Origin: Patescibacteria group bacterium
GTDB taxonomy: Bacteria; Patescibacteriota; UBA1384; 2-12-FULL-50-11
Assembly: GCA_016861245.1 (NCBI GenBank)
Contig: BOKZ01000001.1
Coordinates: forward strand, 280,962 to 344,961
Length of the DNA stretch: 64,000 nt
Reading direction: 5' to 3'
Shown here: piece by piece, positions 1 to 10,169 of the stretch
Position numbering within the stretch: the first letter of the stretch is position 1
Layout of the letters: every line of letters starts with the position of its first letter
Position numbers and translations under genes: made by a program
Notes under the pieces: model-generated
Told to the model about the DNA's origin: nothing
What the model saw: the letters and a program-made list of their open reading frames with translations, nothing else
Databases searched by the model: none

Positions 1-2214
1 GGCCTACCAGTGCCACAAGGATTTATCGTGACGGCGGACGCTTATTTTGCTTTCATCAAAGATCATAAGCTTGATACTTTTATCGAGAAAGAGACAAAAA
101 ATCTCGATCCTGAAGATTCAAAGAAACTAAATGTTATTGCCGAAGCGCTACAAAAGGCCATTAAAGAGAACGAATTACCAAAGGCATTGCAGCAGCAGAT
201 AGAAAAAGCCTACGAAGAGATGCACGAGGGTCCGGTTGCTGTTCGCTCAAGCGCAACCGCCGAAGATCTGCCCGATGCTTCATTCGCCGGGCAGCAAGCA
301 ACATTTTTGAATATTGAGGGGAAAAAGCAGCTCATCAAAGCTATCCGAGAGTGCTGGGCGTCGCTGTTTGGAGCACGAGCGATCTACTACCGGACGGTTA
401 ATAAATTCGATCATATGAAAGTCGGTATCGCTGTGCCAGTTCAGAAAATGGTTCAGAGCGAGGTTTCCGGGATAATGTTTACCGTCGACCCAGTTAGTGA
501 GGACACCGGCAAGATCGTTATCGACGCAGGGCTCGGTCTAGGTGAAGCGATCGTTTCTGGTTCCGTAACCCCCGACCACTACGTCGTCGATAAGGAGAAA
601 ATGGAGATCGTAAGTAAAGAGATTCAGCCGCAAGCCTGGATGTTTGTTCGAGATACCGGCGGCAAGAATATTCACAAGAATCTAACAGAAGAACAGAAAA
701 AGAATCCGAAGCTGTCAGACGAGCAGATTATTGCGCTAGCGAAAATTGGTGCTCAAGTTGAGAAGCATTACGGTAAGCCACAAGATACTGAGTGGGCGTT
801 CGAGAACGGTAGCTTTTTCATGGTCCAGGCCCGACCAGTTACTACTCTTGGCGAGAAAAAAGCTAACGAGATAACACCCGAGAGTAGTTCGGAGCCAACA
901 ACGGATTTAAGTAAAGCTGAAGTTTTGTTGAGCGGCGCCGCGGCTTCGGTTGGATTGCGGAGCGGTCCGGTCAAAGTTATCCATAAACCGAGCGAGATCG
1001 ATAAAGTACTCCAGGGCGACGTATTGGTGACAGAGATGACATCTCCCGACTACGTACCGGCGATGCGTCGCGCCTCGGCGATCGTAACTGACACTGGTGG
1101 CAGAACCTCTCACGCCGCGATCGTTTCCAGGGAGCTTGGCATTCCGTGTGTTGTCGGTACCGGTACCGCCACTGCAACACTTAAAACCGGTCAAGTGGTA
1201 ACAGTCGACGGACAGTCCGGTAAAATCTACAAAGGTAAGGTCGGTTCTTCTGAAGTGTCAGCAGCTGCTCCAACTAAATTAACTGCTTCACAAGCACTTA
1301 TGACAGTACCGGTTACGGCTACGAAAGTGTATTTAAATCTAGCAGAGCCAGAAAAAGCCGAAGAGTACGCCGGATTACCAGTCGATGGCGTCGGGTTATT
1401 GCGAGCAGAGTTTATTATCGCTGGTATCGGTGAGCATCCGCGAGCGATGATCGAAGCTGGTCGTAGTAAGGAATACGTTCAGAAACTTTCGCAAGGTATC
1501 GCTACGATCACGCAAGCGTTTCATCCGCGACCGGTCGTCTATCGGTTTACTGATTTTAAGACCAACGAATATAAGTCACTCAAAGGTGGCGAAAAGTTTG
1601 AGCAACCAGAGAATAACCCGATGATTGGTTATCGAGGTGCGTCACGCTACATCGCCGAGCCGGACGAGTTTGCGCTCGAGATTGAAGCGATTAAGCAAGT
1701 ACGCGACGGAATGGATCTTAAAAACCTTCATGTAATGATTCCATTTGTTCGCACTGTCGAAGAGTTTCGTAAGGTCCGAGACCTGATGCACGAGAATAAC
1801 TTGCGCCAAGGGCCGGACTTTAAGCTTTGGATTATGGTGGAAGTGCCGTCAACAGTACTTGAGCTCGAAGAGTATATCAAAGAAGGCATCGACGGCGTCT
1901 CGATCGGCTCAAACGACTTAACACAACTAACGCTTGGCATTGACAGAGATTCGGCGAAATTAGCGGCTGAGTTCGACGAGCGATATCCGGCGGTATTAAA
2001 CTCGATTCTTCATGTCGTCCGAACCTGTCGCAAGCATCACGTTACTTGTTCGATCTGTGGCCAGGCGCCAAGCGTCTACCCAGAAATTACCGAGGCGATG
2101 GTGAAGGCCGGTACTACTAGCGTTTCGGTGGCTCCCGACGTCGCTATTTCTACGCGCAAGCTAATCGCGTCAGTCGAGAAAAAAATTCTCCTTGCACAGG
2201 CGATCGATACCTAA
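1..2214 (+). CDS. ppsA: Phosphoenolpyruvate synthase (5' end outside window)
   Basis: VAVRSSATAEDLPDASFAGQQ, phospho-His motif GGRTSHAAIVSRELG, DGVSIGSNDLTQ; the frame is open from base 1 (GLPVPQGF). Confidence 0.96.
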   Translation, partial: GLPVPQGFIVTADAYFAFIKDHKLDTFIEKETKNLDPEDSKKLNVIAEALQKAIKENELPKALQQQIEKAYEEMHEGPVAVRSSATAEDLPDASFAGQQATFLNIEGKKQLIKAIRECWASLFGARAIYYRTVNKFDHMKVGIAVPVQKMVQSEVSGIMFTVDPVSEDTGKIVIDAGLGLGEAIVSGSVTPDHYVVDKEKMEIVSKEIQPQAWMFVRDTGGKNIHKNLTEEQKKNPKLSDEQIIALAKIGAQVEKHYGKPQDTEWAFENGSFFMVQARPVTTLGEKKANEITPESSSEPTTDLSKAEVLLSGAAASVGLRSGPVKVIHKPSEIDKVLQGDVLVTEMTSPDYVPAMRRASAIVTDTGGRTSHAAIVSRELGIPCVVGTGTATATLKTGQVVTVDGQSGKIYKGKVGSSEVSAAAPTKLTASQALMTVPVTATKVYLNLAEPEKAEEYAGLPVDGVGLLRAEFIIAGIGEHPRAMIEAGRSKEYVQKLSQGIATITQAFHPRPVVYRFTDFKTNEYKSLKGGEKFEQPENNPMIGYRGASRYIAEPDEFALEIEAIKQVRDGMDLKNLHVMIPFVRTVEEFRKVRDLMHENNLRQGPDFKLWIMVEVPSTVLELEEYIKEGIDGVSIGSNDLTQLTLGIDRDSAKLAAEFDERYPAVLNSILHVVRTCRKHHVTCSICGQAPSVYPEITEAMVKAGTTSVSVAPDVAISTRKLIASVEKKILLAQAIDT

Positions 2215-2230
2215 TTATCCCGTTAACGTA

Positions 2231-2254
2231 AAAAGAAACCCCGCAAGCGGGGTT
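2231..2254. terminator. Hairpin terminator between convergent genes
   Basis: aaaagaaaccccgc-aa-gcggggtt. Confidence 0.6.
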
Positions 2255-3413
2255 AGTGTGGACGATGTGCGGGAACAACATGCGGGTTGAGACCGATCTT
2301 CTTTAAACCATCGACCATCGAGCGGGCCAACTCTCCATCGGGACGACCGATGAACGTCGTTTTACCGTGAAAGTCTAGGAGTTTGTCGACGGCTTCTTCA
2401 TGTCCGAGAAAGATTGTCTCGGCTAAACAGCCAAACACAGTGTTGGCTACTAAGCTCATCTGTCGACAATGGTCGTTCCAATTGGTGCCTTCTGGCAGTA
2501 GTGCTAGCGAGCCGTCAACTATTGTGACGTCGGGTCGGGCAAGAGCCAGCGACAGCTCGGTGTTTAGCGGCTTACCGATGTCGATCATTATCGCGTTACG
2601 AGCAACCCAGTTTGGGTTAATTGCTAAGGCTGAGACGCTCGAAGTCGCTAGAAACGATAACCGGCAGCCAACTGCTTGGCAGAGATCTCCAACGACAAAC
2701 TCGGTGTGTGGGTGGCACTCGCGATATCGGGATAACTCCTTGCTGTGGTCTTGCTCTGACGTTCCTGTGGTTATTACGATACGCTGTGGTTTAAAAGCCT
2801 CAGCGGCCATAGTGACAACCCGAGAACCTGTGGAGCCGAATCCGCCCAATACCCCGATCGAGAACGGATAGCTGATTCTCGCTTGCTCCACAACTTTTTT
2901 CGCAATCTCAACCGAGAGCCCGCTTGTAACGGTATTGCCTGAGGTAACGACGAGGTACGGATCGGGTAGCGAACGAGCCTGCTGAAATACCGAACGGCCG
3001 TGCCCAGCCGCAATGGCCGTTGCCGCCCCAAGACCAAGTACGCTCAAGCTGGTTTTGGCGAGCTTGCGTAGTTCCTCTGGTGCCGCTAGCAGACGGTCGA
3101 TAGCAAGGTGATGCAGCGGGTGTTTTTGGTCGAGTAGCGCTGCAGAAGTTGCCGGAACTCCGAGAATGTGAACCACAATCTCGACACCGTCGCTACAAGT
3201 TATTACCGGGGAAGGACCGAAGTAGCATTGCGACGACTTGAGTCCGATCGCGAACTGTTCGGCTGTATCTTCTCGGACAACTCTTCCAAGTAGGCCGTTG
3301 CGTAGCTTTAGCGCTTCTTTTGCGCCGTGCCCGCCCTTAGCGGGGATGTTGATAAGAAAGCCGATATGTTCTCTCTTCATGATAGTAGGTGCACCGAAAA
3401 CGTGACCGCTCAA
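2253..3413 (-). CDS. NAD(P)-dependent dehydrogenase, acyl-ACP reductase-like (COG5322-type)
   Basis: LGLGAATAI, VTSGNTVT, Rossmann VLGGFGSTGS, IDIGKPLN, VFGCLAETI. Confidence 0.6.
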   Translation of the reverse strand: MSGHVFGAPTIMKREHIGFLINIPAKGGHGAKEALKLRNGLLGRVVREDTAEQFAIGLKSSQCYFGPSPVITCSDGVEIVVHILGVPATSAALLDQKHPLHHLAIDRLLAAPEELRKLAKTSLSVLGLGAATAIAAGHGRSVFQQARSLPDPYLVVTSGNTVTSGLSVEIAKKVVEQARISYPFSIGVLGGFGSTGSRVVTMAAEAFKPQRIVITTGTSEQDHSKELSRYRECHPHTEFVVGDLCQAVGCRLSFLATSSVSALAINPNWVARNAIMIDIGKPLNTELSLALARPDVTIVDGSLALLPEGTNWNDHCRQMSLVANTVFGCLAETIFLGHEEAVDKLLDFHGKTTFIGRPDGELARSMVDGLKKIGLNPHVVPAHRPH

Positions 3414-3467
3414 TTATAGGTAAATACACCAGTGGAATCAACGGAAGTGAAGTAGTATCATTCTTGT

Positions 3468-4205
3468 ATGACAATTAAGCTCGATCTAAAGCTCCTGGTG
3501 ATAGCGCTGGTGGTTATGATTCTCGTTATGTTTGGGCTCTGGCGGCCCTGGGAAAAAACAAAAAATCGAACGATCGAAGTGACCGGCCAAGCAGAGCTGA
3601 CTGCTGAGCCAGATGAATTTACGTTTAACGCCACATATCAGAAAACGGCTTCAGAACGAAAGACAGCGATTGCGGCAGTGTCCACGCTCGGTAACGATGT
3701 TGTGGCAAAACTAAAAGAACTTGGAGTTGAAGAGAAGAAGATCACTACCAATGTTAGTACCGGCGTCGGTTACTACGAGCCGGGTATGCCTATCTCAGAG
3801 GATACGCTGCGAAAAGACAACTCTTCGCTAACGGCAGTTTTTACGCTAACGGCGATTGTCAACGATAAAACGCTCGCTCAGAAAGTGACTGATTACATTG
3901 CCACTACTCCGGTACAGTACACAGTTACTCCGCAATACGGCTTCAGTAATAAGACTCGTAAAGAACTTGAAGCGAAAGCACGAACGCTTGCCCTAACTGA
4001 CGGGAAAAAGAAAGCGCTAGAAACTGCCGATACCCTCGGCGTAGAACTCGGAAAAGTTCAGAAAGTCTCAGAAGTTCAGTGGGGAGGCGGAATTATTCCC
4101 CTAGAAGGCAAGGTCGGCAGCGCTGACGCGGTAAGCTCTCCAATCATTCTTCCCGGCGAACAAGAGGTAAGTTTTTCGGTTACAATCACGTACGAACTTC
4201 GTTAA
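3468..4205 (+). CDS. SIMPL (DUF541) domain protein
   Basis: N-terminal TM, IEVTGQAELTAEPD, ALTDGKKKA..A..LGVELGKV, PGEQEVSFSVTITY. Confidence 0.85.
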   Translation: MTIKLDLKLLVIALVVMILVMFGLWRPWEKTKNRTIEVTGQAELTAEPDEFTFNATYQKTASERKTAIAAVSTLGNDVVAKLKELGVEEKKITTNVSTGVGYYEPGMPISEDTLRKDNSSLTAVFTLTAIVNDKTLAQKVTDYIATTPVQYTVTPQYGFSNKTRKELEAKARTLALTDGKKKALETADTLGVELGKVQKVSEVQWGGGIIPLEGKVGSADAVSSPIILPGEQEVSFSVTITYELR

Positions 4206-4866
4206 CAGGTAGCAAAAAGCTGTATTCAGCAAAAAAGTGTTTGTTTTTAGTCATAATCAGCTCGATAATTTCCGCAAAACCGGGCATTAGTTCTTCAGGT
4301 CTAATATCGTTAGCTCTCATCCAAAAACATTCGCCTATTACAGAGTCGGTTTTGAGCGATCCAGTAGTTTGTTTGCCGTGAAAAACGTGGAAGAGCATAT
4401 GAGTTAGTAGCGACTCGTCGTCTTCAACGGTTAGATAAACATCTCCCGCGTGTCTGAGTTCGGAAATTAGCCCAGTTTTTTCTTCAAGCTCTCGGTTTGC
4501 GGCGTCTTGGATACGTTCGCCAAGGTGAATTTTACCGTACGGAAAGCCGATCAGCCCGAAGAACGGTTGTTTAGTCCGGCGGTAAAGCAACCATTCTCCC
4601 CGGTCGTTTTGGCAAGCGATAAGCGTAACAATTTTTGGTTGGATCCTGGGCTGCATACTCTTTAGGCTCAGCGTATCGACCATACGCAACCCTTTTCGAG
4701 TGAGCCTGTAACCGGCCGTTACCTTCTCGACAAATCCGTCACGAATTAGTTTCCGCAGGTGATACATAAATAAATTCCCCTCGACGTCTTTTGGCTTAAT
4801 GTCTCGGTACCTGCAGATGTCTTTGTGAATTAACTGCTTGATGACGTATTTCTGTATTTCATGCAT
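4186..4866 (-). CDS. Winged-helix plus NUDIX hydrolase
   Basis: N-terminal wHTH (YHLRKLIRDGFVEK..YRLT); Nudix box GKIHLGERIQDAANRELEEKTG. Confidence 0.8.
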   Translation of the reverse strand: MHEIQKYVIKQLIHKDICRYRDIKPKDVEGNLFMYHLRKLIRDGFVEKVTAGYRLTRKGLRMVDTLSLKSMQPRIQPKIVTLIACQNDRGEWLLYRRTKQPFFGLIGFPYGKIHLGERIQDAANRELEEKTGLISELRHAGDVYLTVEDDESLLTHMLFHVFHGKQTTGSLKTDSVIGECFWMRANDIRPEELMPGFAEIIELIMTKNKHFFAEYSFLLPVNEVRT

Positions 4867-5011
4867 AGCCTCTACTGCATACAGTATTGACTCAACAGCT
4901 GTAAAGCCTAGGGTAGTCGACTCAAAATATTTTGACTAGATTCAACAGTCCAACCTGTTATCCTCCACTCGTTGGAGGGAACTCCGGCAATGCACATTTT
5001 AGTGAGGTCTT

Positions 5012-6118
5012 ATGAAGATAATCGCAGTAACGGGTGGAGATGTTTCAGGGAAAACTGATAGCTGGAGACGGCTACCGACGGACCTGAAGGCAAGGGTACT
5101 TCAAGTACCGGAGATCGCTACGGCTTTAATGGGAGCGGGGAAGGCGCTCCCTGCGCTGGGGATTGATATTGAAGTTCAACCAGAAACGCTTCAGCAATAT
5201 CAAGGTGTATTTCGACTAGCACAGTTGGTTGCTGAAGATTCGTGGCGGATGGTGGCAGCAGCCGAAGGCAAGAAGCTTGTTTGGTGCGATCGAGGGATTC
5301 CAGATCTAGTTGCCTACGAACAAGGTGGTTGGCTAGCGGTCGAACAGGCGTTCGGAATGACAAAACAGGAGATTTACGATCGCTACGATCACGTCATCGT
5401 CCTGCGTTCTCTAGCGAACTACGATCCGGAACGGTATCTCCAAATCCAAAAGGAGAATCCGAGTCGGACACCGAGGAGCGTCGAAGAGGTCTTGGCGTTG
5501 GACGAACGAACCAGATCAGCCTGGGCGGATCACCCTGGACTTATTGAGGTAGATGGCAGCAGGGGTATCGACGAGGTCGTTCGTCAGATCGCTGCAGTCG
5601 TGAGGGAATTAACGAGTAAGGAAATAGAAAAGAAGTTCTTGCTCCGTGAGTTACCGGACCTATCTCAATTCCAGCGCGTCGTTCGTGTCTTCCAGCGTCA
5701 AGGTTATTTAATCGCTAAAGACGATGTCGAGCAGCGTCTTCGTCGAGCAGCGGTCGAAAACGGACCGATCGAGTATTTCCACACCGTTAAGGGCGACGGG
5801 ACTGTCTCGAGAAGCGAGTACGAGGATCCAAACCTACACGAGTGGGCATTCGAAGCTCTTTGGGGGCATATCGTTGGGCATCCGATCGAAAAGATCCGCC
5901 ATCTCTCGCTCTGGCAGGGTGTGATCTATGAGATCGACCATTACCAGCAGCCGGGACAGATGTTTGTGGTTGAAGCCAACTTCTCTAGCGAGGACGAGGC
6001 CGCAGCGTTTGTGTTGCCTGCGTGGATGGCAAATGCCATTGATGTCACTGACGACAAACGCTTCAAAGCTAAAAACATCGCTCGAAACGGGATCCCCGAT
6101 CTCAGCGAACTCTGGTAA
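5012..6118 (+). CDS. AAA_28/NadR-like P-loop kinase fused to a CYTH domain
   Basis: IAVTGGDVSGKT, VPEIAT, CDRGIPD; CYTH EIEKKFLL, IEKIRH, EIDHY, VVEANF, DVTDD. Confidence 0.75.
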   Translation: MKIIAVTGGDVSGKTDSWRRLPTDLKARVLQVPEIATALMGAGKALPALGIDIEVQPETLQQYQGVFRLAQLVAEDSWRMVAAAEGKKLVWCDRGIPDLVAYEQGGWLAVEQAFGMTKQEIYDRYDHVIVLRSLANYDPERYLQIQKENPSRTPRSVEEVLALDERTRSAWADHPGLIEVDGSRGIDEVVRQIAAVVRELTSKEIEKKFLLRELPDLSQFQRVVRVFQRQGYLIAKDDVEQRLRRAAVENGPIEYFHTVKGDGTVSRSEYEDPNLHEWAFEALWGHIVGHPIEKIRHLSLWQGVIYEIDHYQQPGQMFVVEANFSSEDEAAAFVLPAWMANAIDVTDDKRFKAKNIARNGIPDLSELW

Positions 6119-6152
6119 CTACCCGCGGGGCCATGTGCCCCGCTTTTATTCA

Positions 6153-7142
6153 TTAGTAGTTTTTCCAAGCTTCGTAGCCGAGTGAAGTTGTTGATTCTTG
6201 CCCAAGTAGTCCGATTTGTTTAAATGGGGCAGCGATATCTTGATCGTACAAAAACGGCCAGATTACAATTCTTGGCGGAATGCGTTCAGTTAATTGCTTA
6301 AATTGTTGCACAAACTGAGCCTGCTCTGCTTCGGAGCTCTCCCAGCCGATAGTCGGAGTTTCACGGAACCATCCGATTTCAGTAAATGCGACTGGTAGCG
6401 ACGTATAATTAGCAATTTCTGAATAGTACCCGTCAGGGATTTCGACAGGGCTCTTGTAAATTAAACACGGATAGCTGGTAAACGCCACGAAATCTAGATT
6501 CTTGATCTCGGTAATTAGGGGCCAACTATTTATACTGGGATCGTTTTTCCCACCGAATAGACCGCCACGCATGCCCTTTACTCGCTCCAGCTGAAAGATT
6601 GTAAATACTTTAGTGTCGGGTGATGCAGCCCGAACATCGGTTGCCAGCTGTTCGATTATTCTGATCAAATTCTCGTAACGAGTCGGCGACTCTAAATATA
6701 TCTCATCGATCTCGTTACCTAACCCGATATACGGAACGTCGTTCTCTTTAATAAAGTTTAGCACTGCATTCCGAAAGTTTTCTCGACCGATGCCATCGAG
6801 CACTTCGTTGTTGTTCGGGCCGGTAATAATGATGGGGGTAATATTATACTTCCTAGATTGTTCGATGACAGTTCGGGCGGCGTTACCGGTTGTTTTTGCT
6901 AAATCTTGATAATTTCCTGCCCAGCTAAGCGCGTTGCCGATACTCGGAATAAGTTTGAAGAAAGCATTGAGGTCAGCCACGCTACTTGATTTTGGCGACC
7001 AACTTACGCCCCTTAACCTCTGTTGGTCGTAACTTATGGTTGTTTCTGTATTTGCACTAGGTTGTTTCGCTCTTTTAAAGAGAATTAATGCGCTCACGAG
7101 TAGTATTGCGACGAGTACAGTCCACAACACAATTTTTTTCAT
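6153..7142 (-). CDS. Membrane-anchored clan GH-A glycoside hydrolase-like protein
   Basis: N-terminal TM; GLGNEI (acid/base), FTSYP, AFTEIGW (nucleophile). Confidence 0.6.
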   Translation of the reverse strand: MKKIVLWTVLVAILLVSALILFKRAKQPSANTETTISYDQQRLRGVSWSPKSSSVADLNAFFKLIPSIGNALSWAGNYQDLAKTTGNAARTVIEQSRKYNITPIIITGPNNNEVLDGIGRENFRNAVLNFIKENDVPYIGLGNEIDEIYLESPTRYENLIRIIEQLATDVRAASPDTKVFTIFQLERVKGMRGGLFGGKNDPSINSWPLITEIKNLDFVAFTSYPCLIYKSPVEIPDGYYSEIANYTSLPVAFTEIGWFRETPTIGWESSEAEQAQFVQQFKQLTERIPPRIVIWPFLYDQDIAAPFKQIGLLGQESTTSLGYEAWKNY

Positions 7143-7143
7143 G

Positions 7144-7533
7144 CTATCTCGCTTTGAATTTTAGCGAAGTGGAGTTTATGCAGTACCGTTTACCGGTTTT
7201 ATCTTGGGGGCCATCGTCAAAAACGTGTCCTAGGTGACCACCGCAATTAGCGCACGTTACTTCAGTGCGAACCATTCCGTGTGATCGGTCTTCGTGTAAC
7301 TCTATGGTTCCTTGTTTAGCAACATCAAAAAAGCTCGGCCAGCCGCAGTGTGAGTCGTACTTTGTTTCCGAGTTAAATAGCTTATTGTTACAGGCTGCGC
7401 AGACGTAATCACCGTTTTCGTGAAAATCGACGTACTCTCCCGAGAACGGTGCGTCAGTTCCCTTTAGCCTCAATACTTCGTACTGCTCGGGGGTTAGACT
7501 CTCTTTCCATTGATCCTCAGTTAGTTGCTGCAT
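7144..7533 (-). CDS. msrB: Methionine-R-sulfoxide reductase
   Basis: [32 protein letters not shown]; start placed at MQQLTEDQW. Confidence 0.95.
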   Translation of the reverse strand: MQQLTEDQWKESLTPEQYEVLRLKGTDAPFSGEYVDFHENGDYVCAACNNKLFNSETKYDSHCGWPSFFDVAKQGTIELHEDRSHGMVRTEVTCANCGGHLGHVFDDGPQDKTGKRYCINSTSLKFKAR

Positions 7534-8269
7534 TGGTTGGCTTCTGTTTAGTAACCGCAAAGATGACAGCAACTACTAGCAGTATGCCGACAGCCTGTAC
7601 AGTCGTGACGATACTTTTTTGAAGTGGAAAATTCACCCAGATTCCAGCGATCGCCCAAAGAATAACCAGTGTGTAGGCGGCGTCCCTAAGTCGTAATGCA
7701 AAGATAATGCCAAGTAGTCCAGCAATAGTTATCATTATCGAAGCCCAAGCTGACTCGATAATTCCAAAGCCGTTCCAAGAGACGTAATCCAAGTACGCAG
7801 CGACGTTGGCAATTGTAGCCACTGATATCCAACCCAAATAAACACTAAAAGGTAGACTGCTCATCCAATACTCACGTTTATCTAGGGCGGGTCGTGATAG
7901 CATATAGATTCGAATTAGTGAGAGTAGCAGAACCACCATTAAGACTACGCTCAATCCAAATTGTTGGTAGTGCCAGCTTAATAACCAGGCACTATTTGCG
8001 ACAGAACTTAACAGGTACCAGGGTGCTATTCGAGAAATTCGTCCATTGTCGTCGGATCGATTTAAGAAGGTGTAGATCGTGAAACTTATCAATAGTAGAT
8101 ATATCACTCCCCAGATACTGAACACGTATCCTGCCGGCACAAAAAAGACGTCAAACGAATCAGAAACAGCAGCAGTGGTTAGGCCGTTAAATGGCAGTAT
8201 GTTAGCCAGAACGTTACATGTAAGCACAAGTAGTGTTGAACAAATAATAGTTACTCGAGGAATCATCAC
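7517..8269 (-). CDS. TspO/MBR-related tryptophan-rich membrane protein
   Basis: [28 protein letters not shown], multiple TM segments. Confidence 0.8.
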   Translation of the reverse strand: MMIPRVTIICSTLLVLTCNVLANILPFNGLTTAAVSDSFDVFFVPAGYVFSIWGVIYLLLISFTIYTFLNRSDDNGRISRIAPWYLLSSVANSAWLLSWHYQQFGLSVVLMVVLLLSLIRIYMLSRPALDKREYWMSSLPFSVYLGWISVATIANVAAYLDYVSWNGFGIIESAWASIMITIAGLLGIIFALRLRDAAYTLVILWAIAGIWVNFPLQKSIVTTVQAVGILLVVAVIFAVTKQKPTNAATN

Positions 8270-8839
8270 TTAAACTATACCCTGGACTTCTTTATATCGG
8301 AAGCAACTAACAACGTGGTCGTTAACCAAACCAGCGCCCTGCATAAAAGCGTAACAAACGGTCGAGCCGCAAAACGTAAAACCCCTTTTCTTCATATCTT
8401 TACTCATTGCGTCAGACTCAGGGCTGGTTGCGCCAATATCAGAATCTTGAAGGTAATGATTAATAATTGGCCGATCATTCACGAATCCCCAAAGATAACT
8501 AGCGAAGCTGCCGAACTCCTTCTGAGCTTTCAGGAATGCCTGGGCATTTTTAACTGTCCCCCGGATCTTTAATCTGTTCCGAATGATATTTTTATCTTGG
8601 ATCAGCTCCTCAATTTTTTTCTCAGAATAATTGGCGATTTTTTGAGGGTTAAAGTTATCGAAAGCTTGGCGAAAACCCTCTCGTTTATTCAATACAATTG
8701 CCCAACTTAAGCCAGCTTGGAATGTATCGAGAACTACAAACTCAAACAGCTTTTGATCGTCATAGCACGGCACCCCCCACTCTTCGTCGTGATAACGAAC
8801 CATCAGCTCGTTTTTACCCGGCCAGCTACACCGTTCCAT
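8270..8839 (-). CDS. tag: DNA-3-methyladenine glycosylase I
   Basis: RCSW, YHDEEWG, FQAGLSW, IIRNRLKI, GLVNDH..C. Confidence 0.95.
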   Translation of the reverse strand: MERCSWPGKNELMVRYHDEEWGVPCYDDQKLFEFVVLDTFQAGLSWAIVLNKREGFRQAFDNFNPQKIANYSEKKIEELIQDKNIIRNRLKIRGTVKNAQAFLKAQKEFGSFASYLWGFVNDRPIINHYLQDSDIGATSPESDAMSKDMKKRGFTFCGSTVCYAFMQGAGLVNDHVVSCFRYKEVQGIV

Positions 8840-8843
8840 GCAG

Positions 8844-9224
8844 TTAGTTTTTTTTGATGGTTTGCATCAGGCCGAATATATTGCCCTGCGGGTCTTCGCA
8901 GTAGCACCAGCGCATAATTTCTTCTGGCCCCATCGGCATATCAGCCAGCGGTTTTACAACCTTCCCGCCGTTAGCCTCAATATCTTTAATCGTTGCGGCG
9001 ATATCTTCGGTTTCAATAGTGTTGATAGTTTTTTCGCTCTCGTAACGCTTCATAATGCCGCCAAAGATTGCTCCCTCTGCTCTATCTTCTGTCTTGCCCA
9101 CCATCCAATAGTCGCTGCCTGGCCACAAGTTAATCTCCCAGCCTAGGGCTTTTTTATAAAACTCAGATAATTTCTCCGGATCTTCTGCGCCGATTTCGAA
9201 ATGGACGACTCTATTTTTACTCAT
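8844..9224 (-). CDS. VOC/glyoxalase family protein
   Basis: VVHFEI..D....FY...LGW; EDPQGNIFGL. Confidence 0.9.
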   Translation of the reverse strand: MSKNRVVHFEIGAEDPEKLSEFYKKALGWEINLWPGSDYWMVGKTEDRAEGAIFGGIMKRYESEKTINTIETEDIAATIKDIEANGGKVVKPLADMPMGPEEIMRWCYCEDPQGNIFGLMQTIKKN

Positions 9225-9353
9225 TCACGCTCCTTTTTTGTATATCTATTCGCATTATACTACGAAAATACAGGGTGTGATTATTGGATAAGGTACGGGA
9301 GTGTGTAAAAAAAGCACCAGACCGAGGCCTGGTGCATGATTGTTTGCGTGGAT

Positions 9354-9743
9354 TTACACTTCGTTACCACAGTGATGGCGGAAGGCGAGATTTATCCCCG
9401 ACAGAATCCGCCCAAACACACTAAGTGCTTCTTTTTCGTCCGTGATTGGCCAGACGCTAACAGCCGATGTCCACGTACCCGTCAATTCGCCCGGGCCAGT
9501 TTTTCTCTCGCTGTTGTCTTTCCGGATATCTGCGCCAACCAAGGTTCCGTCCAGGGGTTGATGGGTGCTCTTGCCGTTAGCAAGGAATACACGCCAAGTA
9601 CTGTCGTTGTCTTCAACCCAGAGCCACCCGTGCCGGATGGTTACTGGGATGATCCCCAGGAACTTTTTCCTATCAAGAACTGGCACTGACTCTCCGAATT
9701 GTTCGACTAGTTTTGCAATCTTTTCTGCGGTTGTTTTTTCCAT
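9354..9743 (-). CDS. Hypothetical protein
   Basis: Isolated ORF from MEKTT; no family recognised. Confidence 0.45.
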   Translation of the reverse strand: MEKTTAEKIAKLVEQFGESVPVLDRKKFLGIIPVTIRHGWLWVEDNDSTWRVFLANGKSTHQPLDGTLVGADIRKDNSERKTGPGELTGTWTSAVSVWPITDEKEALSVFGRILSGINLAFRHHCGNEV

Positions 9744-10169
9744 GTTCGAACTGCGTGTGAATTCTACTATAGACAACCTTAAATGTCAATGGTTTGACCA
9801 AGAAAATGGAGATAAGTTGTTCCGTCAGAAACCTGCCCAGTACCCCACAAAAAGCACTAGTATCGACCAGACAAGAGAAATTACCGAAAGCACCCTGGAA
9901 AACTTAATTACCTGCAAGGCCTCTGCTGAAGTTGGCTCATTTTTGGCAGATCTCAGAAAAAAACGTTTATCTTCATAATTATTGGAACAACAGTAAGACA
10001 GAAAAGACCATATGTCGCGTAACTATTTAGCGCTTCGATAAAGGCGGGGAACCAAACTATACCAGCGATCGAGACTAAAAATGTGAGTTTCGCAAACAAG
10101 ATCATATGACGCTTGATTATCACTTTAGTAGCTTTTGGAAGTAATGAGATTATGTGGGGTCTCTTTCTG

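Noticed and set aside
9824-10123. Possible frameshifted small membrane gene on the minus strand
   Set aside because: Two short hydrophobic frames could be joined, but no family is recognisable and the evidence is too weak.
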